NCBI GenBank assembly: GCA_964518725.1
Contig: CAZFKP010000015.1
Coordinates: 1,450-65,449, forward strand
Source: an uncultured Rickettsiales bacterium
Lineage (GTDB): Bacteria > Pseudomonadota > Alphaproteobacteria > Rickettsiales > SXRF01
Reading direction: 5' to 3'
DNA length: 64,000 nt
Part shown: piece after piece, positions 1-8,583 of the stretch
Numbering within the stretch: the stretch's first letter is position 1
Layout of the letters: every line of letters starts with the position of its first letter
The notes under the pieces: model-generated
Seen by the model: the letters and a program-made list of their open reading frames with translations, nothing else
Database searches by the model: none
What the model was told of the DNA's origin: nothing
Position numbers and translations under genes: made by a program

Positions 1-278
1 CATATTGCTCTTCCCTATGAATGCCGAAGACTTTATTACATTAATAATGTGGTAGCCAGGCACTATTAATATATGTTTATACATACTTTTCAATAGTATA
101 AAAATTTATCTAAAATGCAATCTAAATACAATACAAAAGCTATTGAAAAATATGAAGAAAAATGCATTTTCTTGTTGCATGTTTTTTTTAGTTGGGGTAT
201 AACTTAACTTAGCTGATGCATTCAGCGTAAACCGGTGCCAGGAGGGAATCCAGCACCTTACTCTTAAGGAGAACGACC

Positions 279-446
279 ATGAAAACACTTGTAAAACTTT
301 TTAAAGACGAAAACGGTGCAACTGCAATTGAATACGGCCTGATTGCCGCCCTGATCTCGGTGGCTGCGATTGGCGCTATGACCGCTCTGGGCACCCAGCT
401 GTCAACCACCTTCGGTGATATCACCGGTAGCCTGGCTGCTGTATAA
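279..446 (+). CDS. flp: Flp/Fap family pilin component (55 aa), below the ORF-track length cutoff
   Basis: Manual translation: MKTLVKLFKDENGATAIEYGLIAALISVAAIGAMTALGTQLSTTFGDITGSLAAV; characteristic G-(A)TAIEYGLIAALI Flp prepilin motif; AGGAG-like RBS (aaggaga) just upstream; followed by a terminator. Confidence 0.92.
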   Translation: MKTLVKLFKDENGATAIEYGLIAALISVAAIGAMTALGTQLSTTFGDITGSLAAV

Positions 447-460
447 TAGGTCAACCCCGG

Positions 461-495
461 AAAAAGGCCCGCTACTGCAGCGGGCCTTTTTTTTT
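461..495 (+). terminator. Rho-independent terminator after flp pilin gene
   Basis: aaaaaGGCCCGCtactgcaGCGGGCCttttttttt: GC-rich hairpin followed by T9. Confidence 0.9.
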
Positions 496-508
496 AAAGG
501 CGTGTGTT

Positions 509-682
509 ATGGAACAGCATGTCTCATTATTACATGACGAACTTGGCTCCGCAGCCATTGAGTATGGATTACTGGTCGGCCTGATTGCCGTCGCATCCAT
601 CGCGGCACTCACCGCGTTTGGTGAACAGATTGCCGTCAATTATACCACCTTTACCGCCAGTATGGCAGACGCATCGTCGTAG
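509..682 (+). CDS. Second, divergent Flp-like small pilin (57 aa)
   Basis: Manual translation: MEQHVSLLHDELGSAAIEYGLLVGLIAVASIAALTAFGEQIAVNYTTFTASMADASS; retains G-SAAIEYGLLVGLIAV motif. Confidence 0.8.
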   Translation: MEQHVSLLHDELGSAAIEYGLLVGLIAVASIAALTAFGEQIAVNYTTFTASMADASS

Positions 683-685
683 CGT

Positions 686-1642
686 CTATTTCTTCCCGAT
701 ATTCACCGAGAGTTCCAGCATCCGGTCAAGCGGTTTGCGCGCGCGCTGGATGAGGTCGTCCGAGAGTTCGATGCTCGGTGTGTCGTTTTTCAGGCACAAA
801 TAAATTTTTTCGAGGTTGTTCATTTTCATGTAGGGGCAGTTGTTGCAACTGATGCATGCCCCGCCTGAAATTCCCGGCACTTCATAGAAATGGCTGCCGG
901 TGCTGCGTTTTTTCATCTCGTGCAAGATGCCCGGCTCGGTGAGGACGATGAACGATTCGCCGGGACGCTCGGCCGTATAATGGATGAGCTTCGCGGTGGA
1001 GCCGATGAATTTCGCATGCCGCAGCAGATGTGCCGGGCATTCCGGATGCGCGATCACATGTGCCGCCTTGTGCCGCTCCATGAGTTTGACCAACTCTTCT
1101 TCCGAAAAACGCTCATGCACCATGCAGGTGCCGTTCCACAGCAGCATGGTGCGCCCGGTTTTTTTATTGAGATAATCGCCGAGATATTTATCCGGCGCGA
1201 AAATAATTTTCTGATCCTGCGGCAGGCTGTTGATAATTGTTTCAGCGTTACTTGAAGTCACGATGACATCCGACAGTGCCTTCACTTCCGCCGAGCAGTT
1301 GATGTAGGTGACAACCATATGATCCGGATGCGCTTTGCAGAACGCCGAGAACTCTTTCGGCGGGCAGGAATCTTCCAGCGAACAGCCGGCACTCATATCT
1401 GGTATCAGCACCTGCTTAGTGGGGTTTAGAATCTTCGCACCCTCGGCCATGAAGCGCACGCCGGAAAACACGATGACATCCGCCGTCGTCCCCGCCGCCT
1501 TGCGCGCAAGCTCCAGCGAGTCGCCGACAAAATCGGCGATGTCTTGAATATCATCGTCCTGGTAATAATGCGCGAGCAGGATCGCGTTTTTCTGTTGTTT
1601 CAGTGCCGCAATCTCGGCTTCGAAATCGATTCGCGGACTCAT
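686..1642 (-). CDS. nadA: Quinolinate synthase A
   Basis: ILLAHYYQDDDIQDIADFVGDSLELA, CPPKEFSAFCKAHPDHMVVTYINCSAEVKA, and C-terminal CISCNNCPYMKMNNLEK motifs. Confidence 0.95.
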   Translation of the reverse strand: MSPRIDFEAEIAALKQQKNAILLAHYYQDDDIQDIADFVGDSLELARKAAGTTADVIVFSGVRFMAEGAKILNPTKQVLIPDMSAGCSLEDSCPPKEFSAFCKAHPDHMVVTYINCSAEVKALSDVIVTSSNAETIINSLPQDQKIIFAPDKYLGDYLNKKTGRTMLLWNGTCMVHERFSEEELVKLMERHKAAHVIAHPECPAHLLRHAKFIGSTAKLIHYTAERPGESFIVLTEPGILHEMKKRSTGSHFYEVPGISGGACISCNNCPYMKMNNLEKIYLCLKNDTPSIELSDDLIQRARKPLDRMLELSVNIGKK

Positions 1643-2646
1643 AGGCCTTCCACCGAAAATGGCCGTTCCAGCAGGGATTTCATGACCTCATCCACTGATT
1701 CGTCTTCATACAGCACCCGGTAAACCGCCTGGCAGATTGGCATCTGCACCTCGTATTTCCGCGCCATTTTCATCACCGATTCAGCGGCGAGCACGCCCTC
1801 GGTGGCGCTGCGACCGCGTGCTTCCAGTACTTCCTTGACCGGTTTACCTTTACCGACGGCCACCCCAAACGACATGTTGCGCGACTTGGTGGAGCCGCAG
1901 GTGAGCAGCAGATCGCCAAGCCCGGAAAGCCCCATCAGCGTTTCGTAGCGCCCGCCGCGCGCGAGCGCCAGCCGCGCCATTTCCGCAAACCCTCGGGTGA
2001 CGATGGCGGCCTGGGCATTTTCCCCCAACCCGCGCCCGTGGGCGATGCCGCAGGCAATGGCGATGACGTTTTTGATCGCCCCGCCAATCTGTGTGCCGAT
2101 CACGTCGTCGGTGAGGTAGGGGCGGAACAGCTTGCCGCCGACCGCATAGGTGAGCAGCTCCCACTGGCTCTTATCCTCGCAGGCGATGGTGGTCGCCGTT
2201 GGTAGCCCCCGCGCCGCCTCATCGGCGAAATTGGGGCCGGAAACAATCGCAATCGGGTTGCCCGGCAGCACCGAACGCACCACCTCGCTCATGAGCATGA
2301 GGCTGCCGCGCTCAATGCCCTTGCTCGCAATCAACAGCGGCGTTTCCGCGCTCAACTGGTCAGAAATGGCGATGGACACCGAGCGCACGTAATTGGTCGG
2401 CGTGGCAATCACCACCACGTCGGAATCGCAGACTTCCTTGGGCGTGGAGACCACGGTGATTTCCGGGGAAATATAAATACCCGGCAGGTAGATGTCGTTT
2501 ATGCGGTGGTCGGAAATAAGCTGTATCACGTTGCTGTTGCGCGTGTAGAGCTTGACCAGGCTGCCCGCCCGGTTGGCCAGGATGGCAAGTGCCGTCCCCC
2601 ACGCGCCGCCGCCAATGACGCCGACTTTATAGGCGTTGACGCTCAT
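1639..2646 (-). CDS. gpsA: Glycerol-3-phosphate dehydrogenase [NAD(P)+]
   Basis: GGGAWGTALA Rossmann motif; PNFADEAARGLPTATTIA; LSGLGDLLLTC. Confidence 0.95.
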   Translation of the reverse strand: MSVNAYKVGVIGGGAWGTALAILANRAGSLVKLYTRNSNVIQLISDHRINDIYLPGIYISPEITVVSTPKEVCDSDVVVIATPTNYVRSVSIAISDQLSAETPLLIASKGIERGSLMLMSEVVRSVLPGNPIAIVSGPNFADEAARGLPTATTIACEDKSQWELLTYAVGGKLFRPYLTDDVIGTQIGGAIKNVIAIACGIAHGRGLGENAQAAIVTRGFAEMARLALARGGRYETLMGLSGLGDLLLTCGSTKSRNMSFGVAVGKGKPVKEVLEARGRSATEGVLAAESVMKMARKYEVQMPICQAVYRVLYEDESVDEVMKSLLERPFSVEGL

Positions 2647-3405
2647 TTATTTACCGGGCAAGCGCGCTTCATTGAAGACGCAGATCACATCTCCCCCGTG
2701 GCGCAGGGTGAATTTGCTGGCAACACGCTCAACCACGATGAAATCGCCGCGTGTGCGGTAGTTGACCAGCGATTCGTTGCCTTTGTCATCGACCCAGAAG
2801 AAGGCCGGAACCTCGGCGTTTTTATCGCGGAACTGGAAGTAGGTGAACTCGCCATCGTCAAAGATGCGGATCGGCGCGGTGGTCTCTGGCCCTGCGATCG
2901 TGTAATTGAAGTTGTACTTCTCCGGATGTTCTTTGATATCGAGGACAGGAACCGCATCCAGCCCGCCGCCGGCCAGCGATTGCAGCTCGTCGCTATCCTG
3001 GTAGATAAAGCGCATAATGAACGTCATGTCCGGGTCGTTGATATCGTCGGTATCACGCGCATGCAGCTCGAACAGGTAGGTGTGCCTGTTGGTAATCAGC
3101 GTCATGTTGGTGGTCGCATCCTGCTCGATGGGCTTGAGGAACAGGCGGTTGCCGGTCGGGTTCATCATCCACGCCGTCGAGTCCCCCATCGAAATAGTTT
3201 GGATCGTCTCATCTTTGCCGAATTCAATCGAGGTCTGGTAGCGGTAATGGCCGGTGAATTTATAGACCTCGTCCGGCTGGTAAATCACCGTGCGTACCCG
3301 GTGGTCGGTTTTGATCGAGCGTGGCTCGCGCACCGCCCACGCCTCAGCGGAAAACAGCACGCAAGCGGCGGTGATGGTCATGGTGGCGAGGCGAAAAAAC
3401 GTCAT
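2647..3405 (-). CDS. virB9: VirB9/TrbG/CagX-like type IV secretion protein
   Basis: Signal peptide, DHRVRTVIYQPDEVYKF, MNPTGNRLFLKP, TNMTLITNRHTYLFEL, C-terminal FTLRHGGDVICVFNE: VirB9 pattern. Confidence 0.8.
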   Translation of the reverse strand: MTFFRLATMTITAACVLFSAEAWAVREPRSIKTDHRVRTVIYQPDEVYKFTGHYRYQTSIEFGKDETIQTISMGDSTAWMMNPTGNRLFLKPIEQDATTNMTLITNRHTYLFELHARDTDDINDPDMTFIMRFIYQDSDELQSLAGGGLDAVPVLDIKEHPEKYNFNYTIAGPETTAPIRIFDDGEFTYFQFRDKNAEVPAFFWVDDKGNESLVNYRTRGDFIVVERVASKFTLRHGGDVICVFNEARLPGK

Positions 3406-4121
3406 GGCGTGTCCTGAATTTTGCTGCTGTAGCGGGTGACAGTAAACGATACGGGATTCACCATACCAGTTTTTTTATCGATTTCAACGCCGCTGTAATC
3501 ATAGCTGATCGTGGCCTTATGGCGGCTCCTGCTCGACCCTTCCGCGCTGATCAGGGTTGCATCATACACCACCTCCACCGTATTGGCGGGTGACAGTAGC
3601 CGCTGCACCGATACCGGATCAATGATGCGCGCCGTGTGGCGCTGGTATTTCACCACCGGGCTATCCGGGTTGCCAGTCTGGATCATCCGCTGGTAGCCGG
3701 CGAACACTTCCGGCGTGGCATGGTGCTCGATGCCGCCGTAATTCCGTTCCAGCAGGTTGATGTTGTAGCCTTCGTAATGCGCGACGAATGTCTTGGCCAT
3801 GAAGAACAGCACGGCCTCATCGGTCGTCTGCTGATAGCTGCTCCGCAGCGGCGTGATGCTCGGCAGATCTTCCAGCACATCATTCAGCGCGTAGATAAAC
3901 GGCACCGGCCGCTTGAGCGGGTACAGCTCGCGCACCGCCATGACCGAGAACATCAGCGTCAGCAAGGCGACGGTGGTGACGAACACATAAAAATAGCGCT
4001 CGGACATCGGGTCGTTCACCGAGACGTCATACATGCTTTTTGCCTCGCGGAAATATTCCCCACTGCGTACTTTTTCCGCGATCTGGATATAATCATCCGG
4101 TGTGGGTTCTTTATATTTCAT
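3402..4121 (-). CDS. virB8: VirB8-like inner-membrane type IV secretion protein
   Basis: N-terminal cytosolic segment, single TM (FVFVTTVALLTLMFSVMAV), NTF2-like periplasmic domain; overlaps VirB9 start. Confidence 0.78.
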   Translation of the reverse strand: MKYKEPTPDDYIQIAEKVRSGEYFREAKSMYDVSVNDPMSERYFYVFVTTVALLTLMFSVMAVRELYPLKRPVPFIYALNDVLEDLPSITPLRSSYQQTTDEAVLFFMAKTFVAHYEGYNINLLERNYGGIEHHATPEVFAGYQRMIQTGNPDSPVVKYQRHTARIIDPVSVQRLLSPANTVEVVYDATLISAEGSSRSRHKATISYDYSGVEIDKKTGMVNPVSFTVTRYSSKIQDTP

Positions 4122-4140
4122 AAAGCCGTTTTATTATCAT

Positions 4141-4235
4141 TGTCATCGCGAGCGAAGCGCGGCGATCCATCTTTCTTGCACGCGGTGGGATGCGAAGATG
4201 GATTGCCACGGAGACGTTGCCTCCTCGCAATGACG
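4141..4235. repeat. Dispersed palindromic repeat element, intergenic copy
   Basis: tgtcatcgcgagcgaagcgcggcgatccat ... atggattgccacggagacgttgcctcctcgcaatgac: imperfect inverted arms, same family as copies at 7233-7325 and 63857-63953. Confidence 0.88.
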
Positions 4236-4305
4236 TAATGCGTTATTATCATGCTTGTCATCGTACCATTTTTCATGGAATATCACTAGCATGGAAAAGT
4301 TAACC

Positions 4306-4437
4306 ATGGATGAATATATGTTGGTTGTCTGGGCTGCCTACGCCGTCGCCTTCCTGGTGCTGGGCGGCTGCACCTGGGTGAGCCTGCGCGGCTTGCGCGG
4401 TGCACAGCGCGTCCTATCCGCACTCGAACGCCAGTGA
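4306..4437 (+). CDS. ccmD: Heme exporter protein D, CcmD
   Basis: Small single-TM protein MDEYMLVVWAAYAVAFLVLGGCTWVSLRGLRGAQRVLSALERQ immediately upstream of ccmE. Confidence 0.8.
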   Translation: MDEYMLVVWAAYAVAFLVLGGCTWVSLRGLRGAQRVLSALERQ

Positions 4438-4444
4438 TGCCGCC

Positions 4445-4885
4445 ATGAAGCCCAAACACCAGCGGCTCGTATTCGTGGTGGCAAGCGTTGCCTGCCTGTG
4501 CGCGGCGGTGTTGCTGACCATGCGTGCTTTTAAAGAAAACCTGGTCTATTTTTTCAGCCCAAGCGACATTGTTGCCATGCCGCCGAAGCCTGGCCAGGTG
4601 ATCCGTATTGGCGGGCTGGTAAAAACCGAAAGCCTCGAACATCTGCCGGGCAACCGGGTGGCATTCATCGTCACCGACGGGAAGGCCGAAATCGCTGTCG
4701 CCTATCAGGGCGCGCTGCCGGCGCTGTTCCGCGAGGGGCAAGGCGTTGTAGCAGAGGGAAAATTGCAGGATGGCGGTTTTTCCGCTACAACTATTCTTGC
4801 CAAGCACGATGAGAATTACATGCCAAAGGAAGTAGTGGACGCGCTCAAAAAGTCCGGGCACTGGGAAGGGCAGGATGCTCGCTGA
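4445..4885 (+). CDS. ccmE: Cytochrome c-type biogenesis protein CcmE
   Basis: MKPKHQRLVFVV; RIGGLVKTESL; TDGKAEIAVAYQGALPALFREGQGVVAEG; AKHDENYMPKEV heme-binding motif. Confidence 0.95.
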   Translation: MKPKHQRLVFVVASVACLCAAVLLTMRAFKENLVYFFSPSDIVAMPPKPGQVIRIGGLVKTESLEHLPGNRVAFIVTDGKAEIAVAYQGALPALFREGQGVVAEGKLQDGGFSATTILAKHDENYMPKEVVDALKKSGHWEGQDAR

Positions 4886-6728
4886 AATCGCAGTATTCGC
4901 GTTGGCGCTGGCGCTTGCCCTGTCGCTCATCGGCGCTGGCTCGCTGGTTTCCGCCCGCCTGCACACGCTGCTGCAAGGCAGCGCACTGGTCGGCGCCCTG
5001 CTAGTGTTTGTGGCGTTCGTGATCCTGATTATCCTCCGGCTTGATTCCGATTTTACAGTCGCCAACGTTGCCGAACATTCCAACCACACCCTCCCCCTGC
5101 TCTACAAAGTCGCCGGAACATGGGGCAATCATGAAGGTTCCATGCTGCTGTGGGCGCTGGTAGTGTGCGGCTTCGGCGCGATCCTCTCCGCCCGCCACCC
5201 GCTGGCCGCCGCTGTGCAATCGCTGTTGGCTGCCGGGGTGCTGCTGTTTATCCTCGCCACCTCAAACCCGTTCGCCCGCATTTTCCCACCACCGCCTGAT
5301 GGCAGCATGCTGAACCCGTTGCTGCAGGATGTGGCGCTCGCCATGCACCCGCCGCTGCTGTATCTCGGCTATGTCGGGTTCTCGGCAGTGTTTTCACTGG
5401 CGGTCGCCGGGTTGATCACGAGGCAGATTGATGCGCGCTGGGCCACAACCGCCCAGCCATGGATCATGGCGGCGTGGGCATCACTCACCTGCGGCATTGC
5501 GCTTGGTAGCTGGTGGGCGTACCGCGAACTCGGCTGGGGCGGGTTCTGGTTCTGGGATCCGGTGGAAAACGCCTCGCTCCTGCCATGGCTTGCCGCCACG
5601 GCGCTGCTGCATTCCAACGTGGTGCTGAAAAAACGCGGCGCGCTGGCCGGGTGGGTGGCGTTGCTTGCCATCATCACCTTCGGACTCAGCCTTGTCAGCA
5701 CCTTCCTCGTGCGTAGTGGTGCCATCACCTCGGTGCACAGCTTTGCCAGCGATCCGGAGCGCGGGTTGTTTATCCTCGCCTACATCGCGCTGGTGGTGGG
5801 CGGCGCGCTGTGGCTCTATGCCGCGCATGTCCGCAGCCTGCCGCCGACCGCGCCGATGCGTCCCGCTTCCCGTGAAGGGGTGATCGTCATCAATAATTTG
5901 TTCCTGCTCACGGCCTGCGCCACGGTGTTGCTCGGCACCATTTACCCGATGCTCGCCGAAGCGATCGGTGGTGGCAGTGTCAGCGTCGGTGCACCGTTTT
6001 ACCATCGAACCTTCCTGCCGTTGATGGCACTGCCATTGTTTTTTGCTGGGCTAGCCCCTTTTCTGCCGTGGAAAAAAGCGGCGCCCCTTTCTGCCCTTCG
6101 CCGTGCATGGCCGGGGCTTGCAGCAGCCTGCGCCGCCGCCACGGTTGTCATGGCCACGATCCATACTGAAGCGGTGCTCGCCGCTGCGAGCCTCGCCCTT
6201 GCCGGATTCATGATGGTGGCAAGCGCGCAGTGGCTGGCCGCCGGGAAGTGGCGCCTGCCTGCAAACTGGCCGGTGTTCCTTGGGCATAGCGGCGCGGCAC
6301 TACTGGTGATCGGCATCACCGGCGCTGGGTTGTGGGGAACACAGGTGGAGCGGAATGTAAACATGGGCGATACGCTCTCTATTGCTGGCTATGACGTGAA
6401 TGTGGTGCGGCTCGGCACCATCCACACACCGAATTATGATGCCACCCAGGTGACGCTCGATGTCACCCGCGCCGGCCACACCATCACCCAACTGCAACCG
6501 GAAGCGCGCCGCTACGGCATCCGCGACACCACCACCAGCGAAGCGGAAATTTATTCCACCGCCGCCTATGATTTGTACGCGGTGGTCGGTGCCGCAACCA
6601 GCGAAGGCGAAGTGGCGCTGCGGCTCTATCATAAACCTGCAGTGAGCTTCTTATGGCTCGGGGCAGCGTTCATCACGGCCGGGGGCATCCTGTCGGCGTG
6701 GCTTGCCGGACGGAGGAAATACCCATGA
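4875..6728 (+). CDS. ccmF: Cytochrome c-type biogenesis protein CcmF
   Basis: Multi-TM; NHEGSMLLWALV, PPLLYLGYVGFS, WAYRELGWGGFWFWDPVENASLLPWL. Confidence 0.97.
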   Translation: MLAEIAVFALALALALSLIGAGSLVSARLHTLLQGSALVGALLVFVAFVILIILRLDSDFTVANVAEHSNHTLPLLYKVAGTWGNHEGSMLLWALVVCGFGAILSARHPLAAAVQSLLAAGVLLFILATSNPFARIFPPPPDGSMLNPLLQDVALAMHPPLLYLGYVGFSAVFSLAVAGLITRQIDARWATTAQPWIMAAWASLTCGIALGSWWAYRELGWGGFWFWDPVENASLLPWLAATALLHSNVVLKKRGALAGWVALLAIITFGLSLVSTFLVRSGAITSVHSFASDPERGLFILAYIALVVGGALWLYAAHVRSLPPTAPMRPASREGVIVINNLFLLTACATVLLGTIYPMLAEAIGGGSVSVGAPFYHRTFLPLMALPLFFAGLAPFLPWKKAAPLSALRRAWPGLAAACAAATVVMATIHTEAVLAAASLALAGFMMVASAQWLAAGKWRLPANWPVFLGHSGAALLVIGITGAGLWGTQVERNVNMGDTLSIAGYDVNVVRLGTIHTPNYDATQVTLDVTRAGHTITQLQPEARRYGIRDTTTSEAEIYSTAAYDLYAVVGAATSEGEVALRLYHKPAVSFLWLGAAFITAGGILSAWLAGRRKYP

Positions 6729-7222
6729 AATTCGCACCGCTTATCGCCTTGTTCCTGATCTGCGCGCTGCTCGCCTATGGGCTGGTCGGCAAGAGCAGTA
6801 CCCCAACCCCATCGCCGCTTATCGGCAAGCCGCTGCCGGCCTTCACGGTCGGCGACCGGAACCTCGACGACCTGCTCGACGGACACACGGTGGTGCTGAA
6901 TGTCTTTGCCAGTTGGTGCGCCCCCTGCGCGCTCGAACATCCGCAATTGATGACGCTAAAAGCGCAGGTGCCGATCATCGGCATCGCCTGGAAAAACAAG
7001 CCGGGCGAAGTCACCGCATGGCTTACACGGCACGGCAACCCGTATGCCTCGCTGCTGATGGATGAGATCGGAGAGTCGACCATGCCGCTTGGGCTAACCG
7101 GCGTCCCGGAAACATTCGTCATCGCCCCGGACGGAATTGTCGCCTACCATACGGCGCAGCCAATTACCGCTGAATTGTTGGCAAGCGATATCCTGCCGCT
7201 GATTGAAAGGCTGGAGCCATGA
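6725..7222 (+). CDS. ccmG: Thiol:disulfide interchange protein DsbE/CcmG
   Basis: VLNVFASWCAPCALEHPQL thioredoxin CXXC; GLTGVPETFVIAPDG; overlaps ccmF by ATGA. Confidence 0.93.
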   Translation: MKFAPLIALFLICALLAYGLVGKSSTPTPSPLIGKPLPAFTVGDRNLDDLLDGHTVVLNVFASWCAPCALEHPQLMTLKAQVPIIGIAWKNKPGEVTAWLTRHGNPYASLLMDEIGESTMPLGLTGVPETFVIAPDGIVAYHTAQPITAELLASDILPLIERLEP

Positions 7223-7683
7223 AATACAATCCCGTCATTGCGAGCGTAGCGCGGCAATCCATTTTTGCCTTCTCCGGCGTGAAAAGAGGATGGATCGCCG
7301 CGTCGCTGGCACTCCTCGCGATGACATTTTTCTCAACGCCCGCTGCCGCGCTCACCATCGACCAGCCGCTTCCCAACCCGGCGCAGGAAACCCGCGCCCG
7401 CGCGCTGTTCCAGGAGCTGCGCTGTGTCGTCTGCCAGGGCGAGAGCGTGGCCGATTCCCCGGCGGATGTCGCCGCCGATATGCGCCGCGCCGTGCGGCAG
7501 GCGGTCGCCCGGGGAGAAACCGACGAGACCATAAAACAAACGTTTGTGGCGCATTACGGGGAACGGGTGCTGATGCTGCCTAGCTTCCGCGAAGGCAATC
7601 TGCCGCTCTGGCTTGCGCCACTCGTATGCCTGCTGGTGGGGGGTGTGTTTGCATGGCGCCGCCTGTTTGGGAGGCAGTCATGA
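7219..7683 (+). CDS. ccmH: Cytochrome c-type biogenesis protein CcmH; N-terminus encoded by palindromic repeat; alternative GTG start at 7279
   Basis: ELRCVVCQGESVADSPADVAADMR (LRCxxC motif); N-terminus VIASVARQSIFAF..WIAASLALLAMT is translated repeat DNA. Confidence 0.93.
   Translation: MKYNPVIASVARQSIFAFSGVKRGWIAASLALLAMTFFSTPAAALTIDQPLPNPAQETRARALFQELRCVVCQGESVADSPADVAADMRRAVRQAVARGETDETIKQTFVAHYGERVLMLPSFREGNLPLWLAPLVCLLVGGVFAWRRLFGRQS
7233..7325. repeat. Dispersed palindromic repeat inside the 5' end of ccmH
   Basis: cgtcattgcgagcgtagcgcggcaatccat ... ggatggatcgccgcgtcgctggcactcctcgcgatgac; shares arms with the 4141-4235 copy. Confidence 0.9.
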
Positions 7684-8291
7684 TCCAGCTGGCCGCCGCG
7701 CTTGTCCTGCTCCTTCTGATAACACTGGCGCTGTTGCTGTTCCCGTTGCGGCACGAACGCAGGCTGTGCATCCTTGCTGCGCTGGCCGTTACATTCGTGG
7801 CGGGCGGGATGTATGCGCTGGTCGGCGCACCGCGTGTGGTGCCGCTGGTCGCACAATATCATGCGGAGGTTGCGGCGCTGGAAAAGAACATCCAGACCAC
7901 CCGTGCCCTGGTGCAGGCCAACCCAAAGAACCTTGAAGCATGGCTCACACTGTCGCAGGCGCTGATGGACAAAGGCGATTTCGCCGCCGCCAGCGAGGGA
8001 TTCAAGCAGGCGGTGCTGCTTTCCAAAGGCCACCCTCGGATTATCGCCGCCTATGCCGAAGCCCTCATCCTCCAGCAGGGCGGGATGGTGCCGCCGCAGG
8101 CCAAGAAGTCCATCGACATCGCGCTGATGATCGACCCGCAATTGCCGCTGGCGCGCTATTACAATGCGGTGTGGCTGCTGCAGGAAGGTCGCAACGACGA
8201 AGCCATGCAGGAAATGAAAGCGCTCTACCGCGAGCTGCCGGACGATTCAAACTTAAAGAAGCGGATGAAAGCGCAGATCGGCGCGAAGTGA
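7680..8291 (+). CDS. ccmI: Cytochrome c biogenesis protein CcmI/CycH-like TPR protein
   Basis: Two N-terminal TM segments then TPR (NLEAWLTLSQALMDKGDFAAASEGFKQAVLLSKG), last gene of ccm block. Confidence 0.82.
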   Translation: MIQLAAALVLLLLITLALLLFPLRHERRLCILAALAVTFVAGGMYALVGAPRVVPLVAQYHAEVAALEKNIQTTRALVQANPKNLEAWLTLSQALMDKGDFAAASEGFKQAVLLSKGHPRIIAAYAEALILQQGGMVPPQAKKSIDIALMIDPQLPLARYYNAVWLLQEGRNDEAMQEMKALYRELPDDSNLKKRMKAQIGAK

Positions 8292-8561
8292 TTACTCGCC
8301 GTGCGCGCCAAGCTCCATGGCCGCATCAACGCCCTCTTCATCCTGAAGCGTGATCGGCGTGCTCGGCACCACGGTGGCAATGGTGTGTTTGTAGACAAGC
8401 TGCACCTGCGAGCCGCGGCGGAGCAGCACCGAGAAATTATCGAAACTGGTGATGTTGCCTTGCAGCTTGACACCGTTGGACAGGAAAATAGTCACCGGAA
8501 TGCGCTTCTTGCGGCAGGTGTTCAGGAACACGTCCTGCACGTTTTGCGGTTTCTCGGCCAT
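8292..8561 (-). CDS. hfq: RNA chaperone Hfq
   Basis: [60 protein letters not shown]: Sm1/Sm2 motifs. Confidence 0.97.
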   Translation of the reverse strand: MAEKPQNVQDVFLNTCRKKRIPVTIFLSNGVKLQGNITSFDNFSVLLRRGSQVQLVYKHTIATVVPSTPITLQDEEGVDAAMELGAHGE

Positions 8562-8583
8562 GGCTTATCCCCCCGTTTTTCTT

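Noticed and set aside
2506-3417. Plus-strand 303-aa ORF opposite virB9
   Set aside because: Antisense shadow; the minus strand encodes a convincing VirB9 with signal peptide.
7164-7683. ORFs 7203..7583 (+) and 7164..7532 (-) containing SRHCERSAAIHFC / VIARSASDAAIHP peptides
   Set aside because: Alternative-frame translations of the palindromic repeat and ccmH antisense; the ccmH frame carries the real family motif.
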